From contig CBDFIQ010000002.1 in the NCBI GenBank assembly GCA_965248195.1, positions 3,264,001 through 3,328,000 on the forward strand: DNA of 64,000 nt, written 5' to 3'. Of this stretch, positions 1 to 9,360 are shown piece by piece. The notes beneath the pieces are model-generated. The model was given only the letters and a program-made list of their open reading frames with translations. It was not told the origin of the DNA and did not search any database. Positions within the stretch are counted from its first letter, which is position 1; each line of letters opens with the position of its first letter. Made by a program: the position numbers and the translations under genes. Source of the DNA: Longimicrobiales bacterium (GTDB lineage: Bacteria > Gemmatimonadota > Gemmatimonadetes > Longimicrobiales > Gaopeijiaceae).

Positions 1-1
1 G

Positions 2-349
2 GTGGTCGCACTCATTTCCGATCAGAACATGCGGAAACGTGGAGTTTTCGTCGATTTTTTCGGAAGGGCTGCAGCCACCGCGAAGGGTCCCGCCTTGTTC
101 GCCCTCCGCACCGGTGCCCCGGTCTTCTTGGGCGTCGCGGTCCGGAAGCAGGGTTACCCCTCCCGGTATCGTGTGATCATCGAACGCGTGCCAATCGGCG
201 GCGGGGCACCCGATGCGGACCCGATCCGCGATTTGACCCAGCGGCACGTCTCCAGACTCGAGGCCCACATCCGCGAAGTGCCGAGCCAGTACTTTTGGCA
301 ACATCGCCGGTGGAAGACGCGCCCGGAACCCTCCCTGGAACCACCCTGA
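2..349 (+). CDS. Lipid A biosynthesis lauroyl/myristoyl acyltransferase (LpxL/HtrB family), 5'-truncated by window edge
   Basis: DQ..GVFVDFFG..A.T..GPA and PSQYFWQHRRWK motifs typical of the family C-terminus. Confidence 0.85.
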   Translation: MVALISDQNMRKRGVFVDFFGRAAATAKGPALFALRTGAPVFLGVAVRKQGYPSRYRVIIERVPIGGGAPDADPIRDLTQRHVSRLEAHIREVPSQYFWQHRRWKTRPEPSLEPP

Positions 350-420
350 TTCGCGATCTGTATTAGATTTCCCGACTCTCCCGGAAATGGCCGGGTTTTT
401 CTTCCGGATGGCGTCAACCA

Positions 421-1173
421 TTGATCTACGTCTGCATTCCTGCCCACAACGAAGAGCGAACCATCGGGGTTCTTCTTTGGAAGATCAGGAAAGTGATGCT
501 CGAATTCGGGCGTGACTACGAGGTCCTGGTCCTCGATGATGCTTCCACCGACGGGACCTCCGACGCCCTGGGTCGGTACCGCCGTGTGCTTCCGCTATGC
601 GTCCTCAAGGAAGAGAGCCGAATGGGATACGCCGGCGCGGTTCAACGTTTGCTCCGGGAGGCGCTAAAGCGCACGAGCTACCCTAAGAGAGACGCCGCGG
701 TTTTGCTTCAAGCGGATTTCACGGAGAGCCCCGACTACATGGTTCCCTTGATCAAGGCAATGGAGGGTGGGGCCGACGTCGTGGCCGGTGTGGTCGATGT
801 GAACGGGCGTCCCGCGCCGCGCGCCGTCCGTGTGGCCAGGCGGATGGCGCCATGGGTCCTCGGAAGGGCCTTTGGCGGCGCTCCGGTTTCCGATCCGTTA
901 TCCGGATTTCGGGCGTACCGATTGATCGTGCTGAAGAAGGCGTTGGCGGAGTTCACGGGCCGACCGTTCTTGACGACCGATGGATGGGCGTCCAACGTAG
1001 AACTATTGGGTCTGGTTGCACCCCACGCGCGCCGGATCGTCGAGGCGCCCCTGACGCTGCGATACGATGTCGGGGGGCGCCCCTCCCGTCTGAGCGCGAT
1101 CCGAACCCTTCGGGGGCTCCTCCGTGTACGAAGGGAAAGATGGGAAGGGCCTGTAAGAGAAGGAAAACAGTAA
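421..1173 (+). CDS. Glycosyltransferase family 2
   Basis: IPAHNEE, VLDDASTDGT, QAD (DxD-like), DPLSGFRAY motifs. Confidence 0.85.
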   Translation: MIYVCIPAHNEERTIGVLLWKIRKVMLEFGRDYEVLVLDDASTDGTSDALGRYRRVLPLCVLKEESRMGYAGAVQRLLREALKRTSYPKRDAAVLLQADFTESPDYMVPLIKAMEGGADVVAGVVDVNGRPAPRAVRVARRMAPWVLGRAFGGAPVSDPLSGFRAYRLIVLKKALAEFTGRPFLTTDGWASNVELLGLVAPHARRIVEAPLTLRYDVGGRPSRLSAIRTLRGLLRVRRERWEGPVREGKQ

Positions 1174-2072
1174 TGCGACGGATACATGCGGCCACTCATG
1201 TGGCAATAATGCTGGGCCTCGTGACCCCCCAGGTGGGTGTCGCGCAGGCGCCCAGTGTGCCGTCCGCCGTACAGCTGGCCGACAACGATTTAGCGAGAAA
1301 CTCCGAGCCGAGCGACACCCCGGAGGCCCACCGCGCCGAGTCAGTCAGCCACGAGATCGATCCGTTCGCGGCGGTCGTTCCGTTCGGCCCTGGGGAGAGG
1401 CTCGAATACAAGGTCAAGCTCGGCATCTTCAATGCGGGCGAGGCACACATGGAAGTTGTGGGCATCGACTCGGTAAGGGGCGAGCCCGCCTACCACGTCG
1501 ACGTGGCCATGCGGGGGGCCACCCTGTTCGGAATTTTGAAGATGGACAGTCATTATGAGTCGTGGATCGACACGCAACTGATCATGAGTCGCCGGTATAT
1601 CTCGGACGTCAGCAATACCGGTCACAGCAGCTACCGCTCGTTCGAGTTTTATCCGGATGAGGGGTACTGGGACCAGACCGACGAGGGTGTGATCAGCGAG
1701 TTGGCCACGGCCCTTCCTTTGGACGACATCTCGTTTCTGTACTTCGTCCGGTCCATTCCGCTCGAGGTCGGACAGACTTACACGTATTCACGCTACTTCA
1801 AGAAGGACGGCAATCCCGTTGTCCTCGAGGTCGTGCGCCGGGACGTGCGGGAAGTGCCGGCCGGGACGTTCAACACGATCGTAGTGCGTCCGACCATCAA
1901 GACGAGCGGACTCTATGACGAGGGGGGGGACGCCGAGTTGCACTTCACCGATGACGAAAATCGGTACCTCGTGTACATGCGCATCGGTATGCCGGTCGTC
2001 GGGTCCATCACTCTGCACCTCGAGAATATCGTGCCGGGAACCCCTATTCACTCCGGGGCGGCTGCCTGGTAG
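1173..2072 (+). CDS. DUF3108-like exported protein
   Basis: ATG overlaps upstream TAA (TAATG); signal peptide; PFGPGERLEY and VPAGTF motifs. The tracked start at 852 is a likely over-extension. Confidence 0.7.
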   Translation: MRRIHAATHVAIMLGLVTPQVGVAQAPSVPSAVQLADNDLARNSEPSDTPEAHRAESVSHEIDPFAAVVPFGPGERLEYKVKLGIFNAGEAHMEVVGIDSVRGEPAYHVDVAMRGATLFGILKMDSHYESWIDTQLIMSRRYISDVSNTGHSSYRSFEFYPDEGYWDQTDEGVISELATALPLDDISFLYFVRSIPLEVGQTYTYSRYFKKDGNPVVLEVVRRDVREVPAGTFNTIVVRPTIKTSGLYDEGGDAELHFTDDENRYLVYMRIGMPVVGSITLHLENIVPGTPIHSGAAAW

Positions 2073-2108
2073 AACCGGGAGGGCTCTTCGCTCCCCGGTG
2101 GTGAGCAC

Positions 2109-2666
2109 GTGCGCCGGCGACTCGATCTGAGAAGACTTCGCCTGAGGGCTGTCTGGCTTCTCATCATTCCGTTTTACATCTATGCGTCCCCCACGACGAT
2201 TTTGATCTGGTCGGGTGCCGGCGTGAGCACTGCCGGCCTGGCACTCCGGGCTTGGGCGGCAGGTTCGATTCAAAAAGACCACGAATTGGCCACGACCGGA
2301 CCATATGCACACACGCGGAATCCGCTCTACCTGGGTAGCTTCATTCTCGGCGTTGGTGTGACGGTTGCGGGTGGGCAGTGGATGTTCGGTGTGGCTTTCC
2401 TGGCATTTTTCCTCGTGTTCTACCGGCCGGCGGTGCTTCGCGAGGCCGCTGAGTTGGAGGTGCGCTTCGGAGAGCGCTACCGAGTGTATGCAGCAAAGGT
2501 GCCCTCGGCGCTGCCACGGATCATCGCCTACCGCGGCGAGCGGACAGAATCGCCACCGGAAGGCTTTTCCCGAGCCCGCTATCTGCGGAACCGGGAATGG
2601 GAGGCGGCGCTCGGAGCGGCTGCGGCATTCGGCGTGCTGGCCTTGAAGCTGAAACTTTGGCCTTGA
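2109..2666 (+). CDS. Isoprenylcysteine carboxyl/phospholipid methyltransferase family membrane protein
   Basis: LATTGPYAHTRNPLYLG and E..L..RFGE.Y..Y...VP motifs. Confidence 0.85.
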   Translation: MRRRLDLRRLRLRAVWLLIIPFYIYASPTTILIWSGAGVSTAGLALRAWAAGSIQKDHELATTGPYAHTRNPLYLGSFILGVGVTVAGGQWMFGVAFLAFFLVFYRPAVLREAAELEVRFGERYRVYAAKVPSALPRIIAYRGERTESPPEGFSRARYLRNREWEAALGAAAAFGVLALKLKLWP

Positions 2667-2706
2667 AGCTGAGGCTCCGGCTCCGACGACGAAGCCGACG
2701 AGGGAA

Positions 2707-3162
2707 CTATCCGATCCCGACTTGGCGTTGCAGCCACCGTATGTAGCCCACGATCTCCAGGACCATCGCGTCTGTCACGTCGGGGAGGGGCGCCATGTCC
2801 CCGAATCGCCAGTGATGGGCCCGCACGCCGTTTCGTGCGGCGAGAATGAAGGCCGCATCCGCGTGGTGGTTCGGTTCATAGATGATGTGCACGAGGGGCG
2901 GACCCTGGGTGGTACCGTCACCGGCCGGTCCATGACAGACGCTGCAGTTCTGCTCGAACAGTGCCTTGCCCTGCGTCACTTCGGGTGGGGACGTCGCCGC
3001 GATTTCACGGAGTAAGACCTCGTCGGCTGGGGCGGGCACCGACTGCGGCTCGGGTTCCGACGTGCAGGCCGTGCCCGTGAGGGAGAAAAGGAGGGCCGCT
3101 CCAACGGTCCAGAACCCGGGTATTTTGTGGGTGGTCACGTTTGCTCCGCGTGATTGGGGCAT
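2707..3162 (-). CDS. Monoheme cytochrome c lipoprotein
   Basis: CSVCHG heme motif, distal Met (GDMAP), lipobox-like TAC. Confidence 0.85.
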   Translation of the reverse strand: MPQSRGANVTTHKIPGFWTVGAALLFSLTGTACTSEPEPQSVPAPADEVLLREIAATSPPEVTQGKALFEQNCSVCHGPAGDGTTQGPPLVHIIYEPNHHADAAFILAARNGVRAHHWRFGDMAPLPDVTDAMVLEIVGYIRWLQRQVGIG

Positions 3163-3197
3163 GGCGTTAGAAGGCTGCCTTCAACAGCCTTCTGGAG

Positions 3198-4244
3198 TCA
3201 CAGATAGCTACGGACGGCCAGGTCCACCTTCTCGAGGACCATTTCGACCGTGACTCGTTTCATGCCGTCTCTATGCTCGGTGGAAATCCGATATTCCTCG
3301 CCTGGAAACTCTGCATAACCGTCGACCCAGAGGTCGTAGTAACGGCGGTAGGGTCCCGTGCGTTTCGGATTCGTGTACCCGTAGATACCGACGACGGGCG
3401 TCTCGAGGGCCCTACTGATATGTAAAGGTCCAGTGTCGGGGCTTACAGTCAAGGCGCTGCCGTCGAGGAGATAGACGAGGCGGCGCAGATCGTCCCCGAG
3501 GGCGTCGACGGGATGGGCCTTCGTCAAGCTGAGAATCTCGTCCGCCATCTGGCGTTCGGGCTGGGAAGGTCCACCGACGAGAATGGGTTGGAGTCCATGC
3601 GTCGACTCGATCTCCTCAAGAACTCGTGCGTATCCCTCGGCCGTCCAGTTTTTCCTGGGGTTGGTGGTGCCCACCACGACACAACAGGCGGGTTTGTCAA
3701 ATTCGGAGAAGAACGATCCTTGGGCCTCACGTTCCTGGTCCGTGATGGGGATGCCCCACTCCACCGGCTCGGGATCGACGCCCAGGTGGTGCAGGAACTC
3801 GAAATACTGCTCCTGCACGTGTTGGGGAGAGTGGTGAGGAATACGCTCATTTGTGAAGAGCCAGTTGCCGTCGCGCGCGCGCGCATGGTCGAAGCCCAGC
3901 TTTCTTTTCGCCGGGAGCATACCCACGATGATACCGGCCTTGAGATAGACCTGGAGCGCCAGGGCGAGATCGAAGCGCTGCCCTCGTAGGTGGTGAGCGA
4001 CGTCGGCGAAGTTGATCCAGGATCGTAATCCCCGACACCTCCTCCCGTACTCGATCAACTCGTCAATGGCGGGGTGTCCCTCGACGAGCGACTTGGGAGT
4101 GCGTTGGATGATCCAGGAAATCCGAACGTCCGGCCAGGCGCGCTTCAGCGCGTTTGCCACCGGGAGCACGTGGACCGTGTCACCGATGGCGCTCAACATC
4201 ACGATGCACACGCTGCGGACGGGGCCGTTTTCCAAGGGCGTCAT
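3198..4244 (-). CDS. GT9 LPS heptosyltransferase family
   Basis: LSAIGD.VH and DTGPLH motifs; ATG overlaps the stop of the Kdo kinase gene (ATGA). Confidence 0.85.
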   Translation of the reverse strand: MTPLENGPVRSVCIVMLSAIGDTVHVLPVANALKRAWPDVRISWIIQRTPKSLVEGHPAIDELIEYGRRCRGLRSWINFADVAHHLRGQRFDLALALQVYLKAGIIVGMLPAKRKLGFDHARARDGNWLFTNERIPHHSPQHVQEQYFEFLHHLGVDPEPVEWGIPITDQEREAQGSFFSEFDKPACCVVVGTTNPRKNWTAEGYARVLEEIESTHGLQPILVGGPSQPERQMADEILSLTKAHPVDALGDDLRRLVYLLDGSALTVSPDTGPLHISRALETPVVGIYGYTNPKRTGPYRRYYDLWVDGYAEFPGEEYRISTEHRDGMKRVTVEMVLEKVDLAVRSYL

Positions 4245-5059
4245 AGTGCCTTCGCTTCGCCGAGCAAACACATTATCTCGTCGGTAGTCAGGTGCCCCTC
4301 TCCGTCATTCTGGGACCGCGGGCGCATGCGTTCGAGCTTTCGGATCGAACGGGCAAGCCGACGCCGAAGCCCTCCGGGATCGACGGGGCTGCCCCGTCCC
4401 GCCACCTTGCACCCGTCCAGGTCGAGCAGAATAGCATGGACCTGCTGCGCGTCTCGTGCAATAAGGACGTTCTCGGCGTTCAGGTCCCGGTGATGCACGC
4501 CCGCCTTCGACAAGCGCGTGATCAAGTTGGCGGTGCAGGCCAAGGCCTCTCGGCGGGCGTCTCCCGTGGTCCGTCCACCCGATGGGTCCTTCTTCCCGAA
4601 AAGCACATCAGCGAGGGTCCGCGCGTGAGGCACGAACTCGGTGACCAAGTCGGCCCGGTAAAGAAGGCCGCTGGGATATACCGCTGCAGCCACGATTCGG
4701 GGTGTGGAGAAGCCCAACTCCTCAATCCGGGTGCTGTTCTCCACCTCGACGAAGCTCCGAGGCCTCCCCCCCCGAAAGAGGCGATCGCCGAAGGCCCTCA
4801 TAAACCCACCGCGGAAGTACCGTCGAACTACCCATGGTGGCCCGACGCCTTCCGGATTCGTCAGGACCAGAACCGGCCCTCTCCCGTAGAGCGTCTGGTT
4901 GGCCGCGACGCGTGCGGCCGAGTAGAGGGACCCGTAATCCAAGACCGCCTGGCGACTCCAGCATAACGCTTCCGTCCGTGCGAGAATCTGGGCTTTCCTT
5001 ACCTTGATCCGCTCAAAGCCTCGAGGCGATGGTCGCTCCGCATTTGTGCCTCTCATCAT
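4241..5059 (-). CDS. kdkA: 3-deoxy-D-manno-octulosonic acid (Kdo) kinase family
   Basis: VRRYFRGG, YRADL, HRDLNAENVL, LDLD, RLARS motifs; LPS context. Confidence 0.75.
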   Translation of the reverse strand: MMRGTNAERPSPRGFERIKVRKAQILARTEALCWSRQAVLDYGSLYSAARVAANQTLYGRGPVLVLTNPEGVGPPWVVRRYFRGGFMRAFGDRLFRGGRPRSFVEVENSTRIEELGFSTPRIVAAAVYPSGLLYRADLVTEFVPHARTLADVLFGKKDPSGGRTTGDARREALACTANLITRLSKAGVHHRDLNAENVLIARDAQQVHAILLDLDGCKVAGRGSPVDPGGLRRRLARSIRKLERMRPRSQNDGEGHLTTDEIMCLLGEAKAL

Positions 5060-6114
5060 CGGTGCCCAACTCCGTATCGCTCGCGGGCCACGCGGACACG
5101 CTCCAACACGTCAGTCACCGCAATTTCAGGCATGCGTCCATGGCGGGGTGCATAGCGGGCCGGGCTGCCGGCCTCACCCCGATCCGTGTACCGATCCACG
5201 ATCAGGTCGTGGTACTTTTCGTAGGGCCCGACCCGCCATGGGTTGGTATGGCCGAAGAGACCGATCACGGGAGTGCCCATCGCGTGCGCGATATGGAGGG
5301 CTGCGGTGTCTGGGCTTATGACGAGATCACACCCGCGGATGCTCCAGATCAGTTGCCTAACGGAGCTGGACAAGGCCGACCTCGCGGCGACTCTCTCATC
5401 ATCCAGAACGGCCCGCTCGGTCATGCGCTCCGCCTCCCCCGGCCCGCCCAAAAGAACCACGGCGAATCCGAACTCGGCTTCCAGGGCGAATGTGAGCGAC
5501 ACGTACCGGTCTGTTGGCCAATCCTTTGCCGTGTGGGCCGTGCCCAACGCCAGCCCCACGATCGTCTCACCCTTCGAGGGCGAGAAAAAAATCTCGGCTG
5601 CCGACTCTTCCTCGTCCGAGAGGGTGATCTCCCACGCCAGCGGGTCCGGTCTGGCGACGCCCACGACATCCAGGAACTCCAAGAAAAGATCCTGCGTGTG
5701 CCGCCACTCCCCTCCCCGTGTGTACTCGGTGTTGACGAGCCAGACCCCGTCCCGTGTCCTTGAGGGCGCGAGGCCCACTCGCACCGGGGCACCGGAGAGG
5801 TATGCCGGGAAGATGCTCTTGGCGTACCGCTGCATGTTCAGTGTCAGATCGCAGGAGGGTCCGGTGCGAAAGGATCTCCAAAGATCGTATACCCCCCGGA
5901 GACCTTTCTCCGGCCGGAAGACGATGACCTCGTCCACCGCCGGGTGATGATTGAGGACCTGTGCGGGTACGGGCTGTGCCACCCAGACGATCTTCCGGGA
6001 GGGCCTGTCCCGCTTGAGCGCCACGGCGACCGGTAAGCCGTGCACCACGTCCCCGATGCCTGAAAGCAGGACGATGCATACGCGGTCGCCTCGGATGGTT
6101 TGGGCATGGATCAC
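5056..6114 (-). CDS. GT9 LPS heptosyltransferase family (paralog of 3198-4244)
   Basis: LSGIGDVVH, DTAALHIA, GHTNP.RVGPY motifs. Confidence 0.85.
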   Translation of the reverse strand: MIHAQTIRGDRVCIVLLSGIGDVVHGLPVAVALKRDRPSRKIVWVAQPVPAQVLNHHPAVDEVIVFRPEKGLRGVYDLWRSFRTGPSCDLTLNMQRYAKSIFPAYLSGAPVRVGLAPSRTRDGVWLVNTEYTRGGEWRHTQDLFLEFLDVVGVARPDPLAWEITLSDEEESAAEIFFSPSKGETIVGLALGTAHTAKDWPTDRYVSLTFALEAEFGFAVVLLGGPGEAERMTERAVLDDERVAARSALSSSVRQLIWSIRGCDLVISPDTAALHIAHAMGTPVIGLFGHTNPWRVGPYEKYHDLIVDRYTDRGEAGSPARYAPRHGRMPEIAVTDVLERVRVARERYGVGHR

Positions 6115-6524
6115 GTTTCGGAATTCCCAGGCGGCGCCAGCTCCATGAGGAAAAGGGACGGGCCTTCATAATCTCGGCCCTTTATCCGGATCCCAAAACG
6201 GTACACCCCGGGTTCGGGAAAAATGACCCCCCGAAGGGGCATGACGATCTGAGTTCGTGCGGGAGGGCGGTCCGGGTCACGCCGGTCCACGTCCGAGTGT
6301 CCCTGGATGGTCATGGTGGATTGGCCCGATGGCCCGGTCAGATCCACCTCGAAGTCGTAGTGGCCTACGTCGTCTCGGCTCCACTCCACGGCCATGACCA
6401 GCACCATGTCGTGCTGGGCTGGAAAAGCCGGGGCGGCGAGATCGTTGAAGACTCCTCGAATGTCGAGTTTACCGTCGCCGGTTTGCTCGGCGTGGTCACA
6501 GACGAGGGCCAGTTGCAGTTGCAT
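6111..6524 (-). CDS. DUF6941-like beta-sandwich hypothetical protein
   Basis: LVCD.A...DGKL.I.GVF and FPEPG.Y motifs; start taken at MQLQ. Confidence 0.6.
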   Translation of the reverse strand: MQLQLALVCDHAEQTGDGKLDIRGVFNDLAAPAFPAQHDMVLVMAVEWSRDDVGHYDFEVDLTGPSGQSTMTIQGHSDVDRRDPDRPPARTQIVMPLRGVIFPEPGVYRFGIRIKGRDYEGPSLFLMELAPPGNSET

Positions 6525-6556
6525 AGGCGCTAGAAGGCTGTTGAAAAATTTCTCGG

Positions 6557-8164
6557 TCAGAGGTCCTCGGCGGAGCCCCATCCTCCTCCGCCCGGCGAAC
6601 GAATGCTGATGACATCGCCGATCTGTGCGGAGAACGTAACCTTCGCCGGAAGCGGCTCTTCAAGACCGTCCCGGATGAGGACGTTTTGGCCGGGGCTCCC
6701 GTCATGCCCGCCGCGTCTACCCGGGGGCCGTCGGTTTCTGCGTTCGGAGAGCAGCGTTACGGTTCCCTCGCACAGTAGCTGCAAGTCTCTGCGGAGACCG
6801 TCTCCTCCCCGGTGAAATCCGGCACCCCCACTCTTGCGTCTCAACGAATACCGGGTGATCCGGAAGGGATAGGCGTGTTCGAGGGCCTCGATCGGCGTGT
6901 TCAGGGAGTTCGACATATGGGTGTGCACACCGGAAAGTCCATGCCCGGTCGGACCCGCACCCATCCCCCCCCCAACGGTTTCGTAGTAGGCAAAATTGGC
7001 TCCATTCCTGGGATCCACACCCCCAACGGTGGTGTTGTTCATCGTGCCCTGGGAGAGTGCCGGCATGAGGTCCGGAAGAGCGCTTGCGAACGCGCGGAAG
7101 AGGACGTCGGTGATCCGCTGGCTCGTCTCGACGTTTCCCGCTGCAACGCTCGCGGGGGGGCTGGCGTTCACGACCGAGTGTTCCGGAAGGATCAGCCGGA
7201 CCATCGACATGGAGCCGCCGCCCGCCGGGAGCGTCTCGCCTAGGAGCGCCTCCACGACGCAGCGCACGGTGTACCTCGCGGCGGAGTCGGTGATGGCGCT
7301 CACCGCGTTGATTCCTCCCTTCACTTGAGGGCCGCTCCCCGTGAAGTCGATGTCTAAACCGTCGTGGCGCCGGACGAGCCTCACGCGGATCGGGATGTCC
7401 ACGGTCCCGAATCCGTCGTCTTCCATGAAATCCTCGGCGTCATACTCACCGGGCTCGATGTGGGCCAGGCCCGCCGCCACGAGTCGGTCCGCGTATTCGA
7501 TCAGTGCGTCCATCGCCGCCTGGGTCGCCTGGGTGCCTCTGCGTTTGACGATCTCCAACAGCCGAGACGCGCCGGTGTGAAGAGCGGCCAGCTGGGCGTC
7601 GAGGTCACCGCTTCGTTCGATCGGGGTTCGGACGTTTGCCAATATGAGGCTCCACACGCCCTCCTGCCGCACCCCCTCCCTGTAGAGATAGATGGGCGGG
7701 ATACGGAGCCCCTCCTGATAGATCTCCTGGGCCAGCGGCATCGATCCCGGGCTCATACCCCCGACATCCGAGTGATGCGCCCTCGACGCCACATAACCAA
7801 GCGGTGTGCCGCGGTCCGGGTCGTGGACCGGGGAAATCAGGGTGATGTCAGGCAGATGGGTACCGCCCCGGAAGGGGTCGTTCAGGCAGACCACGTCCCC
7901 GGGGTCGAGCGGGCCGAGCTCCCCGAGGGCAGACTTCACGCTCCTCGGCATTGCCCCCAGGTGGACCGGCATGTGGTCCCCTAGCGCAATGGGCGCACCC
8001 CTCGCGGAAAAGAGCGCGCACGAGTAGTCTCGACGTTCCTTGATGTTGGGTGAAAAGGACGCTCGCCGGAGTGCGGCACCCATCTCTTCGGTTAGTGCCG
8101 TAAAGAGGTGGCGAAACACTTCGAGGACTATGGCGTCGGGCTCACGCTGTGGTTGGCCGACCAT
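6557..8164 (-). CDS. Hydantoinase B / 5-oxoprolinase subunit
   Basis: SPNIKERRDYSC, PVHLG, NDPF.GGTHLPD, HHSDVGG, GNVETSQR, PGGGGWG motifs. Confidence 0.92.
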   Translation of the reverse strand: MVGQPQREPDAIVLEVFRHLFTALTEEMGAALRRASFSPNIKERRDYSCALFSARGAPIALGDHMPVHLGAMPRSVKSALGELGPLDPGDVVCLNDPFRGGTHLPDITLISPVHDPDRGTPLGYVASRAHHSDVGGMSPGSMPLAQEIYQEGLRIPPIYLYREGVRQEGVWSLILANVRTPIERSGDLDAQLAALHTGASRLLEIVKRRGTQATQAAMDALIEYADRLVAAGLAHIEPGEYDAEDFMEDDGFGTVDIPIRVRLVRRHDGLDIDFTGSGPQVKGGINAVSAITDSAARYTVRCVVEALLGETLPAGGGSMSMVRLILPEHSVVNASPPASVAAGNVETSQRITDVLFRAFASALPDLMPALSQGTMNNTTVGGVDPRNGANFAYYETVGGGMGAGPTGHGLSGVHTHMSNSLNTPIEALEHAYPFRITRYSLRRKSGGAGFHRGGDGLRRDLQLLCEGTVTLLSERRNRRPPGRRGGHDGSPGQNVLIRDGLEEPLPAKVTFSAQIGDVISIRSPGGGGWGSAEDL

Positions 8165-8255
8165 CGAGCATGGGTTAGGTTGAATGGCTAGATTATCGTC
8201 GCATACATCTGAATCCGATATTCTATCCGTTCATGAGGAATTCAGGGAGGTGTCA

Positions 8256-8624
8256 GTGCCCCAAGAGAAGATTTTCGCGCAAGCTCGGGATGAGTTGTTC
8301 AGCCACATCAATCGATGTGGCGTCCTGAGCGCCACGGATGATGACCGCACAGCGTGGATGAACGAGACCATCGACTATATCCGTGAGCGTTATCCGGATC
8401 TGGTGGATCCCGACCTTCGTGAGCTCCATGCGGTCGGTATCAGGTTCTGTCAGCCGGCGATCAACAACGTACCGGCTGCGGTGGTGTCCGAACCGTCGGT
8501 CGAGGGGGTAGCGGTGGAGGTGCCCGGGGAGGCGGCCGGAGGACAGCCACTTTCTGCCTCGTCGGAGGTGGGTTCCGACTCCGAGGCTACGCAGGAGCAG
8601 GATGGAGGCGCCAACGCCGCCTGA
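8256..8624 (+). CDS. Hypothetical protein (helical N-domain, acidic low-complexity tail)
   Basis: GGGAGG RBS before GTG 8256; followed by a strong terminator. Confidence 0.65.
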   Translation: MPQEKIFAQARDELFSHINRCGVLSATDDDRTAWMNETIDYIRERYPDLVDPDLRELHAVGIRFCQPAINNVPAAVVSEPSVEGVAVEVPGEAAGGQPLSASSEVGSDSEATQEQDGGANAA

Positions 8625-8655
8625 CGTCCTACACAGGGGACTCTCATCCTCGATC

Positions 8656-8695
8656 AAACGGCGGGAAGCTGCGCTTTCCCGCCGTTTTTCTTTTT
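8656..8695 (+). terminator. Intrinsic terminator
   Basis: aaacggcgggaa / ttcccgccgttt stem followed by a T-rich tract. Confidence 0.85.
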
Positions 8696-8871
8696 AAAGA
8701 GCTGAGAATAGATAGTGGAGAAAGGGCGCTTTCAGCGCGCTCTGCTGGGGTGCTGGCGAACCCGCCGGACGCATAGTATGTTGCCGCCCCAGTTGGGCGG
8801 AACTGAAAAATAAGCGCCTCTCGGAGAGGTGACCCGGACGCCTTTATGAGGGACCCTCAAGAAACAGAAGC

Positions 8872-9273
8872 GTGGCGCCGGGCGCGTCGCGACGGTTCAT
8901 GACCAGCCCCCTCAACGACCGAGGTGTGACGGCGGAGAGTGAACGTCTCATCCTACCGGACGAGGATAGCCTGCTGCGCCTGTATTACGACGGAGGGCGC
9001 CTCCCCTCTCCGTCCGGCGGTTTCCTGATGGTTCTGGGGGTCCGGCCTGAGGATGAGGGGTCGGGATCGATCCTCCTGGAGTGCACGTCGTCGTCGCTTC
9101 GGTACCGGATGAGGGTGCCCAAGGCCACCCGCTCTGAAAGGAAAAAGGTGCGGGCCATGATCGATGACGGTAGTGATCCGAAATGCCCCCGGCATCAAGG
9201 CCAACTCTTGGTGCGAAAACGCAACGATCTCGCTTGCCCGAGCTGTGGGGTCCTGTATGCAAAGGCCAAGTAG
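8872..9273 (+). CDS. Hypothetical protein with C-terminal zinc ribbon
   Basis: CPRH...CPSCG; start uncertain (8899 also possible). Confidence 0.65.
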   Translation: MAPGASRRFMTSPLNDRGVTAESERLILPDEDSLLRLYYDGGRLPSPSGGFLMVLGVRPEDEGSGSILLECTSSSLRYRMRVPKATRSERKKVRAMIDDGSDPKCPRHQGQLLVRKRNDLACPSCGVLYAKAK

Positions 9274-9360
9274 CCGCCGGTGTGGGTGAGGGTGGTGATC
9301 CCCATCGGCCTCCATTACATTGCGGCCTAGAGCCATTCTAGCTTAAGGAGCTTTGTCGCG

